Origin: a virus
Length of the DNA: 64,000 nucleotides
Reading direction: 5' to 3' (one strand)
Virus record (IMG/VR): IMGVR_UViG_3300038393_001317
In this document: positions 36,958 to 43,614 of the stretch, in pieces
How positions within the stretch are numbered: the stretch's first letter is position 1
Layout: every line of letters starts with the position of its first letter
Translations under genes and position numbers: made by a program
Notes under the pieces: generated by a model
Database searches by the model: none
Told to the model about the DNA's origin: nothing
What the model saw: the letters and a program-made list of their open reading frames with translations, nothing else

Positions 36958-38846
36958 TGCGTGCGGTCGCTATCCTCGCGCTCGCCGGAGACCGACGCCC
37001 GGGCCTGCACCTCGGGGTCATCGAACCTGGCGGCCCAGATCGGCGCCAGGCGATCGAGGGCGCCGGCGTCGTGTTCGCGGAAACCGGCATCGAACGCGCC
37101 GTCGACGGCGTCCTCGGGACCGTTGTACGTGTAGTGCGCGCGCAACCCGCGCTCATCGAACACCTGGTAGCGGTACTTGCCCTCGTGGCTGGCGTCGGGC
37201 ATCAGCACGGCCCACTGCTTGCCGTTCTGGTGCCGCAGCTCGAAGCCGTCGCCGAACTGGCGGAAGTGCTCACGCACGGCCTCGCGCTGGGGATTGCCGC
37301 GGCGCTCGTACGGCGCCACGGGATGGCCCTCGCGGACGTAGCCGGCGACCATCGCCTTGAGCATGCCCGGCTTGTCGGCCGTCGCGCGGACCTTTTCCAC
37401 AAACTTGTCCACAGGCATGGTTACCACCTCTCCCAGGAACCGCGGGTCGTCGTAGTGCATGAGGTAGGCCGCGCGGGCCTGCTTTTCCGACAGGAAGCCG
37501 GCCATGACCTTGTCCTCGTCGTAGCGGCGCCAGGCCGACGCGGAAGGCGCGCCGTGCTTGCGTTGCCGCACGATGTAGACGTTCGGAGCGAAGGCCAGCG
37601 ACGGCCCCAGGTACACGTCGACCTCGTCGCCGTCGGCGCCCATCGAGTCCTCGAAGAACCCGTAGTCGTAGCGCATCTTGGTCGCGCCGCCAGGCCAGCG
37701 GCGGGTCGAGCCGGCCGGGTTTTCCACACGAACGGTGAGCCCGCGCCACTGCACGCGGGGCTTGAAGTACTCGCCCGACTTCGCCTGGGCGGCCGTCGGC
37801 GGCGTCCAGCCCTGAGCGAACAGGTCGACGTGGTGCACGGGCGCCGTGAAGAACCCGACCTGCTCGTCGCCGTCGTCCAGGATGGCCTTCGCCAGCACGG
37901 GCTCGAGGTCGCCGCCGTACTTCTTGGGCACGACGCGCGACAGAATCTCCTTGATCTTGTCGAACTTGGTCGGGCCCGACAGGCCGCCGAGCTCGTGCAG
38001 CTTCGAGCGCATCACGTTCGCGTCCGCGGTCACGCCCGGCACGTCGGAGACGTAGCACTCGCGAATGACCTCCATGCGCTCCTCGAACCGCGGCGAGCTC
38101 ACCGCGCCCAGGATATGCAGGCGGTCGGGCAGGTAGTCGCCGGACAGGAGCTCGCGCAGGTCCGCGCCGCTCATGGCGGCCGCGGCCGACGGGATGCCGA
38201 CGACGAAGTCGGTACCGCCCAGCGCCGCGGCGACGCGATCGTAGGCTTCGCGCTGGTTCAGCGGCCCGCGCTGGAAGGGGACGATGACCTCGTGTCCGGC
38301 CTCCATCCACTCCTGGATTTGCTCGGCGTGCTCCTCGATCAGCTCGAGCGTCGCGACCTGGTCGCCGATCACGTCCGGCGCCACCATCATGAGCAGGTTG
38401 CGGTACCGGTACGGCGTCTCCTCGCAGATGCGGCGCGACAGCTCCGAGTACTTCGCGAACACCGGCCCGAAGTTGATGCGCGCGTTCTCCGGCTTGCCGG
38501 CGCGCATCGCCGCCTTGAACGCATTGAAGGCGCCGGAGTCCACGAACACCGGCTTTTTCTCGCGGCGGATGGCTTCGGCGATGCGGTCCATGCCGAACGA
38601 CGACAGCTCGCCGATTTCCGTGCCCAGGCCGGCCGGCGACTCGATCGCCGCCTCCATGTCGCGCCGGCGACTCATGCCGGACGCGTACGGGAACGGCGTC
38701 ACCTGGTCGCCGCCGGTGGGCTCGCGCAGCTCGAGCGACACCTGGGCGGGCTTCGCTGACGGCCGCTTGTCGTCGTGCGCGCGCACCACGGTGCCGTCCT
38801 TCTTGGTGTAGCCCTTGACGTGGGCCTTCGCCAACACAATCAGCAT
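36951..38846 (-). CDS. 631-aa cargo-block protein: leader + possible TGT/DpdA-like barrel + inorganic-pyrophosphatase-like domain
   Basis: Start trimmed to ATG 38846 (AAGGA SD), giving MLIVLAKAHVKGYTKKDGTVVRAHDDKRP. PVFVDSGAFNAF resembles the DSGxF motif of transglycosylases. VENPAGSTRR...YDYGFFEDSMGADGDEVDVYLGP resembles the family I PPase YGF..DGDP.DV motif. Confidence 0.8.
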   Translation of the reverse strand: MLIVLAKAHVKGYTKKDGTVVRAHDDKRPSAKPAQVSLELREPTGGDQVTPFPYASGMSRRRDMEAAIESPAGLGTEIGELSSFGMDRIAEAIRREKKPVFVDSGAFNAFKAAMRAGKPENARINFGPVFAKYSELSRRICEETPYRYRNLLMMVAPDVIGDQVATLELIEEHAEQIQEWMEAGHEVIVPFQRGPLNQREAYDRVAAALGGTDFVVGIPSAAAAMSGADLRELLSGDYLPDRLHILGAVSSPRFEERMEVIRECYVSDVPGVTADANVMRSKLHELGGLSGPTKFDKIKEILSRVVPKKYGGDLEPVLAKAILDDGDEQVGFFTAPVHHVDLFAQGWTPPTAAQAKSGEYFKPRVQWRGLTVRVENPAGSTRRWPGGATKMRYDYGFFEDSMGADGDEVDVYLGPSLAFAPNVYIVRQRKHGAPSASAWRRYDEDKVMAGFLSEKQARAAYLMHYDDPRFLGEVVTMPVDKFVEKVRATADKPGMLKAMVAGYVREGHPVAPYERRGNPQREAVREHFRQFGDGFELRHQNGKQWAVLMPDASHEGKYRYQVFDERGLRAHYTYNGPEDAVDGAFDAGFREHDAGALDRLAPIWAARFDDPEVQARASVSGEREDSDRTQS

Positions 38847-40012
38847 GGTCCGTCCTTCTCGCCGAACGCGCCGGCCGGCAGCTTCCACTGGTCCGGCGGC
38901 ACGACGATCGGCCCCGTCCAGGTCTTGGAATTGCCCAGCGCCGCCACCTCGGGCTGGTCGATCGCCGCCTGGTACGCGCGGCCCTTGCCGGCGCGCGTCA
39001 TCAGGTCCTCCTTGCGGTGGATGGTCACGCCGAACTCGCGCTCGCGCTGCGCCACCTTGCCGGTCTCGTTCGGGTACAGCTTGTGGTTCGTCGCAATCTG
39101 ATTCGGGCCGGCGAAGATGCAATTCCGGCACGACAGGCGGCCGTAGCCGAGCTGATACGACGGGTGCGGCACGACGCCGTGCTTGCGCATCACGTCCCAC
39201 ACCTGGGCCTCACTCCAGCCGTGCACCGGCCGGTAGTGGTCGACGTGGCGCGTCGAGCTGTGCGCGCGATCGGGCTCGAACGCCTTGTAGTTCGCGCGGT
39301 TGGAGCTCTCCTCGGCGCGCTCGCCGGTCACGATCAGCGTGCGCTTGCCGGTGAACCGTTCCTGGTTCCGGACGGCCGCGGCCATCACGTCGACCTTGAG
39401 GGCGCCGCTGCACCAGCGCGTCGTGAGGTTGGCGGACTGCTGGGGGAATTTCCTGCGCGTGCCCAGCGGTCCATGTTCGCCGCCAGCGCGCCCGCGGGTT
39501 CCGTCCGGCTTCTCGAAGATGACCGGCGCGGTGCGCTGGTTCTCGCGCAGCATCTCGCGCTCGAAGCCGCCCTCGCGCCAGGAGAAGTAAATCGGGACGC
39601 CCAGGGCCTCCGCGATCTTCCGGCAGTAGTCTTTGGTGATCGGCCAGTCCATGAAGGACGCGCCCTCACCGTCAATGTCGTGATGGTGCAGCTCGATCTT
39701 CGCCGGCGGCACGCCGTTCTCGAGGAGCGCCAGGACGCAGGCGATGCTGTCCTTGCCGCCGCTGAATCCGACCAGGACCTTGTCGTAGCTGGCGAGGTCG
39801 GGCCCGGGCGCGATCGCGACCGCGGAGCCGTGAGCTGAGATGGAAAACACCTTGGGCGCATGCTCCTCGAACAGGTCGCGCTGCTTCGCCTGGTCGGCGG
39901 TCACGGCCGGCGGCGGCCGCGGCGTCGGGCGCTTGTCCTGGTGCGGCGCCACCGCGGTGCCGTCGCGCTTGACGTAGCCCTTCACGTGGGTCTTGAGCAG
40001 GAGCACGGTCAT
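38840..40012 (-). CDS. PP-loop ATPase / PAPS-reductase-like protein with shared leader
   Basis: Start trimmed to ATG 40012 (ATGA overlap with MuF stop), giving MTVLLLKTHVKGYVKRDGTAVAPHQDKRP. PP-loop VLVGFSGGKDSIA. Later TTRWCSGALK and SCRNCIF. Confidence 0.8.
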   Translation of the reverse strand: MTVLLLKTHVKGYVKRDGTAVAPHQDKRPTPRPPPAVTADQAKQRDLFEEHAPKVFSISAHGSAVAIAPGPDLASYDKVLVGFSGGKDSIACVLALLENGVPPAKIELHHHDIDGEGASFMDWPITKDYCRKIAEALGVPIYFSWREGGFEREMLRENQRTAPVIFEKPDGTRGRAGGEHGPLGTRRKFPQQSANLTTRWCSGALKVDVMAAAVRNQERFTGKRTLIVTGERAEESSNRANYKAFEPDRAHSSTRHVDHYRPVHGWSEAQVWDVMRKHGVVPHPSYQLGYGRLSCRNCIFAGPNQIATNHKLYPNETGKVAQREREFGVTIHRKEDLMTRAGKGRAYQAAIDQPEVAALGNSKTWTGPIVVPPDQWKLPAGAFGEKDGPC

Positions 40013-41157
40013 TTGGACCCCAGCGTGTTGCGCAGCCACTCGGCGAACTTCGGGTCGTCGCCGGCCTGCTCGGCGATCGTCGGAACCCAGCGGCCGCGGC
40101 AGTGCGGGTGCTGCGTTCCTGCAGCCGGCCACCACAGCTCGTGCGGCTCGCGCTCGATCAACAGGCCGCCCAGGCGCTTGTGCAGCGCCGCGCTCCGGCC
40201 GACGTTCGTCTTGCCGGGCCAAATGTCGGTCTGGCCGTTCTTGTGAATGTCGCCGGCGCCGACGACGTTCATGACCCGCCCGTCAATCGTGCGGCAAAAC
40301 TTACACGCGCCCTTGTACTGCTCGATGCGCTTCACGCGCGCGCCGTGCGGCAGGCTGGCGATGTAGCCCTGGTTCTGGGCCTCGACGGTTTCGGTCACGG
40401 CGATGCGACGCCAGTCGCGATTGAGCTGCGCGAACTGGTCGCCGAGCTTGGTCTCGAGCGCGCCGGCGAGCGGAGCGTCGCCCAGGTGCACGGCATTGAC
40501 GTGTTGTGCGATCGTCTGGCGCATGCGGTGCCGCACGTCGTTCGAGACCTCGCGCACGTTCTCGGCCGTGCTGGCGATCGCGTACTCGAGGCCGGCGCGC
40601 TGCGGCCGCGTGAACGGGAACAGGTCGATCGCCGCCTGGGCGGTGAGCGGCAGCGCCGCGATGACCTGGTCGGCCTGGGCCGCGGTGACCTGGTCCATGT
40701 TGGCCTGCACGCGGCCCATGATCGTCGCGCGCGTCGCCAGCCACTCGGCCTCCGCGCGCATGTCGTCCGCCGGCAGGTAGCGCTGCGTCAGCCAGTCGAC
40801 CATCATCATGTGGTCCTCGAGGGTCCACTCGCCAGGCGGCAGGTGCTCGAGGTACAGCTTCACCAGGTCCAGCTCGCCGCGCGACCAGCGCTCCATGACG
40901 CCGGCGGGCCGCGCGACGCGGTCCATACCGGGTCGATGCCGGGCGCCGTCGGACCACGCCTTGAGCTCGCGACGGAACGCCTCGAGTCGATCGAGACCGC
41001 GTTGCGTGAACAGCTCCACCAGGCGCGCGACGAACGGGTTGTCGACGGGGAGCCAAATGTCCTCGCCGTTGTGGTCGTGGATGGCCTTGTAGATCAGGTT
41101 GAGCGCCATGTCCGTCTGTTCGGCGGATAGCGGCTCGAGGTCGACAAACAGGCCCAT
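40009..41157 (-). CDS. MuF / SPP1 gp7-like minor head protein
   Basis: RIAVTETVEAQNQGY, CKFCRTIDGRV and GTQHPHCRGRW match the Mu F-family pattern as I know it. Confidence 0.75.
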   Translation of the reverse strand: MGLFVDLEPLSAEQTDMALNLIYKAIHDHNGEDIWLPVDNPFVARLVELFTQRGLDRLEAFRRELKAWSDGARHRPGMDRVARPAGVMERWSRGELDLVKLYLEHLPPGEWTLEDHMMMVDWLTQRYLPADDMRAEAEWLATRATIMGRVQANMDQVTAAQADQVIAALPLTAQAAIDLFPFTRPQRAGLEYAIASTAENVREVSNDVRHRMRQTIAQHVNAVHLGDAPLAGALETKLGDQFAQLNRDWRRIAVTETVEAQNQGYIASLPHGARVKRIEQYKGACKFCRTIDGRVMNVVGAGDIHKNGQTDIWPGKTNVGRSAALHKRLGGLLIEREPHELWWPAAGTQHPHCRGRWVPTIAEQAGDDPKFAEWLRNTLGSK

Positions 41158-41163
41158 CTAGCG

Positions 41164-41179
41164 ATCATCGAGTCACGAC
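41164..41179 (-). promoter_or_regulatory. GTCGTGAC-TC-GATGAT box, 6 nt before ATG 41157
   Basis: - strand TTTTCGTTTGTCGTGACTCGATGATCGCTAGATG, directly after a terminator. Confidence 0.55.
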
Positions 41180-41182
41180 AAA

Positions 41183-41212
41183 CGAAAAGCCGGAGCAGTC
41201 GCCCGCTCCGGC
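41183..41212 (-). terminator. intrinsic terminator
   Basis: - strand GCCGGAGC-GGGCGACT-GCTCCGGC followed by TTTTCGTTT. Confidence 0.65.
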
Positions 41213-41387
41213 CTTCCGGTTAGGCCCCCGTCTACCGCGAGCCCCGAAGCCCCGCAGGAAAGGACGCCGCCTACCCCTAGACGACGCGATCGTGACCTAA
41301 CTGCGGCCTTTATTTCCCCAATAGAAGCCGCTCAGGGTCGCAACAGCCAAGTGATGAACACCCGCCACGCTTCCGGCTTGCGCCGGC
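41183..41387 (-). ncRNA. candidate ~190-200-nt ncRNA (box at 41394-41409 to terminator at 41183-41212)
   Basis: Promoter-like box and terminator bracket a segment with no ORF of 60 codons or more on either strand. GC-rich hairpins. No family recognised. Confidence 0.35.
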
Positions 41388-41393
41388 GCGCGT

Positions 41394-41409
41394 AGTGTGG
41401 GCTCACGAC
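41394..41409 (-). promoter_or_regulatory. GTCGTGAG-CC-CACACT box variant with no ORF downstream
   Basis: - strand GCGGCGTTTTTTCGTCGTGAGCCCACACTACGCG. Confidence 0.4.
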
Positions 41410-41410
41410 G

Positions 41411-41434
41411 AAAAAACGCCGCGGCGTTGCGGCG
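41411..41434 (-). terminator. intrinsic terminator
   Basis: - strand CGCCGC-AACGCC-GCGGCG followed by TTTTTT. Confidence 0.55.
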
Positions 41435-41513
41435 CGCGGCGTGCTTCGGTGTCAGGGGAGGCGAAACCCGGGGAGCTCACATGGGGCAGTGGACTTCAAC
41501 TTAGGAGGAGACA

Positions 41514-41675
41514 ATGGCCGGTGCCGGCGCCAACCCGACACACTCCCCGGGGTTCTCGAACTCTCACGACAGCGGCCGCCTGGCGACTGTCGTGAGAGCT
41601 CGCACTCTCACGGCCGGGTACGTCTCCGGCGCGGGGCTTTCACCGCTCGTGATGCCTGTCGCCAGGTTCCCCTAG
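41514..41675 (+). CDS. possible 53-codon + strand ORF with ideal RBS (below track cutoff)
   Basis: AGGAGG-AGACA-ATG giving MAGAGANPTHSPGFSNSHDSGRLATVVRARTLTAGYVSGAGLSPLVMPVARFP, with fairly G/C-rich third positions. It spans the palindromes and has no recognisable + promoter. Confidence 0.2.
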   Translation: MAGAGANPTHSPGFSNSHDSGRLATVVRARTLTAGYVSGAGLSPLVMPVARFP

Positions 41676-41869
41676 CGCACTGGCTTTGTCGGAATCAACC
41701 GGAACGGGCGCCAACTAGCCCTCGGAGTCATCCGACTCGCCACCGCGACAGGTTCGGCAGGGAGCCGGAATCACCTCGCATTTTTGGCAGAGCCTCGGGA
41801 CCGTTCGCTGTCGGTATGCGTCCCCGATGAAGTTAGACCCGGCTGTCACCCCGGGCCCCTCGCGCTTTC

Positions 41870-42115
41870 CTACTCGGCCGCCGAAGCGACCGGAGCTTTG
41901 TCTTTTTCGGCGCCGTCGGCCGGCTCACCCATCAGCTCCTTGGCTTCCGCCTCGCTGATTTCGTGACCCCAGTCGACGCCCTTGTCCTTGCTGCCCATGT
42001 AGGGCACGAACTCGCCCTTCGACGGGCTCCAAACCTCGACCGGGTTCCCGCGAGCGGGACCGCGGAACAGCGCGCCCTCGTTCTCGATGTAGACCATGTT
42101 CGGGTTCTCGTTCAC
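41870..42115 (-). CDS. 81-aa protein translationally coupled to the RelA/SpoT-like gene (possible immunity/antitoxin)
   Basis: GTG start in a GTGA overlap with the upstream stop (42112-42115); acidic, normal composition. Confidence 0.6.
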   Translation of the reverse strand: MNENPNMVYIENEGALFRGPARGNPVEVWSPSKGEFVPYMGSKDKGVDWGHEISEAEAKELMGEPADGAEKDKAPVASAAE

Positions 42116-43614
42116 TTTGCTTTCCTAACCAACATGATCATTTTCGATGAAGTCTGGGATTTTTGCAAGGGCCGCTCGTCGCTTTTTTGCGACGCGCCCG
42201 GCTTGCCGTCCTTGCCGGCGGGTTTCGCCTCCGGCTGAGCGCCGGCCGTGGCCTGGGCCCAGGCTTTGCCGTACAGGTCCTTCTGCTCTTTCAGCGCCTC
42301 GTAGAACTTGGTGTGGTCCTCGTCGGACCAGGCGTCCGTGGGCGCCGGCTCGTTGTACTTCGCGCGCAGCGATCGACACACGCCGTAGGCATGGTGACCG
42401 TGGTCTTTCGCCAGGGTCATCGCCTTCACATGCACCTGGAGCTCGGCGAGCATGCCGTTGGGCAGCTTCACGATCGTCATTGCGTCGCGGTAGCCCTCGC
42501 TGGTCGGCTCCGCGAACCGGTCCTTGGGTTGCTGCGCCAGCTCGACGCCGGACTCTTTCAGCTTGGCGAGCGCCGTTTTCACGTCCGCCATCGTCGGCAC
42601 GCTGATCGTCGCGCGGACAATGTCGCGGAGCTGCGACCAGTCGCCGTCGTAGTCGGCCATGACCTTTTCCTTCGCGCGCGACTCGCTTTTCAGCGGCGCC
42701 ACGAACACGAAGCCCTGCTCGCTGGCCCAGTCCTCGGGCGTGAGGTCGTCGGGCCGCTTGCCCTCGACCAGGCCCATGGACTTCGCGATGCCGGACAGTT
42801 GCTCCTTGAACTGGTTCAGGCCCTCGGTGCCGTGCTTGACCAGGTCCTCCCAGGTCTTGTGCGGCTGGTTCACCTTCTTGGGCAGCTTCGCGGTCTCGGC
42901 CTGGTCGAACACGGCGTCGCCCTTCGCCGGCGGCTCACCGGCGTCCGCGGCCGGCCGCGCCTCGTGCGGCGAGCTCGTCGGCTTGCCGCCGCCTTCCCAG
43001 TGGTGCGTCACGGCGCCGTGGCGGACGCGATGCTCGCCGCCGGCGTCGTCCTTCACGGTGACGCCATGCTGGCCGGCGGCCGTCACCTGGCCGTGCCCGC
43101 GGTGCGCGCCGTTCACGAAGCCGACATGCCGGCCGGGTTGCGCCGGCGCGGCCGCCTGGTCGGTGCTGACCCAGCGCTGCGTCTGCACGCCGTTCTTGTC
43201 GGTGACCTGCTTCTTGACCAGGCCCGGTCGGTTCGCGAGCGGCCCGCCCTTGAACAGGAGCACGGGGCGGCGCGGGTCAAAGGCTTTCGCGATCACGAGC
43301 GGGTCCTCTTTTGCCTCGTTGGGCGTTGCGACGTAGCGGCGCCGGCCGGCCTGGTCCTGGAGGAGCATGCCGTCCTCGCCCTGGTCGATGATTTGGCCGC
43401 GGATGGCGACGCGCGACTTGTGGCCCAGGACCTTGTCCCAGGTGATCTTGTGGTGGGCGCCGTCAATCTCGCCGGTGACGCCATGCTTGCCGTGCGCGGC
43501 GACGCGGCACGTGCACGGCTGGCCCTCGTGGTGGACGTACAGCTCGTCGCCGACCTCCACACCAGGCCGGCGCTCCGGCTCCTTCTGGGTCTTGCCCGGG
43601 GCCTTCGGCGTCAT
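42112..43614 (-). CDS. 500-aa protein with C-terminal RelA/SpoT (RSH) nucleotidyltransferase-like domain
   Basis: PLKSESRAKEKV...LRDIVRATISV...SEGYRDAMTIVKLPNGMLAELQVHVKAMTLAKDHGHHAY (about nt 42280-42852). N-terminus has two HG(K/Q)HGVTG-type repeats. ATGA overlap with portal stop. Confidence 0.75.
   Translation of the reverse strand: MTPKAPGKTQKEPERRPGVEVGDELYVHHEGQPCTCRVAAHGKHGVTGEIDGAHHKITWDKVLGHKSRVAIRGQIIDQGEDGMLLQDQAGRRRYVATPNEAKEDPLVIAKAFDPRRPVLLFKGGPLANRPGLVKKQVTDKNGVQTQRWVSTDQAAAPAQPGRHVGFVNGAHRGHGQVTAAGQHGVTVKDDAGGEHRVRHGAVTHHWEGGGKPTSSPHEARPAADAGEPPAKGDAVFDQAETAKLPKKVNQPHKTWEDLVKHGTEGLNQFKEQLSGIAKSMGLVEGKRPDDLTPEDWASEQGFVFVAPLKSESRAKEKVMADYDGDWSQLRDIVRATISVPTMADVKTALAKLKESGVELAQQPKDRFAEPTSEGYRDAMTIVKLPNGMLAELQVHVKAMTLAKDHGHHAYGVCRSLRAKYNEPAPTDAWSDEDHTKFYEALKEQKDLYGKAWAQATAGAQPEAKPAGKDGKPGASQKSDERPLQKSQTSSKMIMLVRKAK

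Larger units (their letters stand above)
41411..41869 (-). ncRNA. candidate ~450-nt structured untranslated RNA downstream of the 81-aa gene
   Basis: No - strand ORF. Long-range complementarity (ACCCCGGGGAG / CTCCCCGGG), a 12-bp perfect inverted repeat and many local hairpins. Ends at a terminator. Confidence 0.3.

Noticed and set aside
30502-37134. 2210-aa + strand ORF opposite the 2157-aa gene. Similar giant + ORFs: 24788..29731 (1647 aa), 17257..20601 (1114 aa), 6955..9927 (990 aa), 3822..6293 (823 aa), 22580..22757-type and others.
   Set aside because: Composition is Arg/Ala/Gly/Val/His/Leu-dominated with almost no Lys, Asn, Ile, Tyr or Trp and no recognisable motifs. That is typical of the stop-poor antisense frame of high-GC coding DNA. 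The - strand partners carry clear enzyme motifs.
41540-41575. tRNA/tmRNA-like T-arm resemblance (ggggttctcgaactc), and an RNase P-like caggaaaggac at about 41255
   Set aside because: No acceptor/anticodon cloverleaf or CCA-proximal pairing could be drawn, and the GGAAAGG is not in the conserved GAGGAAAGUCC context.
41395-41966. + strand ORFs 41395..41595, 41441..41830 and 41784..41966 in the ORF-free region
   Set aside because: Arg/Pro/Gly-rich, no RBS, and mutually overlapping. Treated as noise. The 53-codon ORF at 41514..41675 is kept only as a low-confidence alternative.
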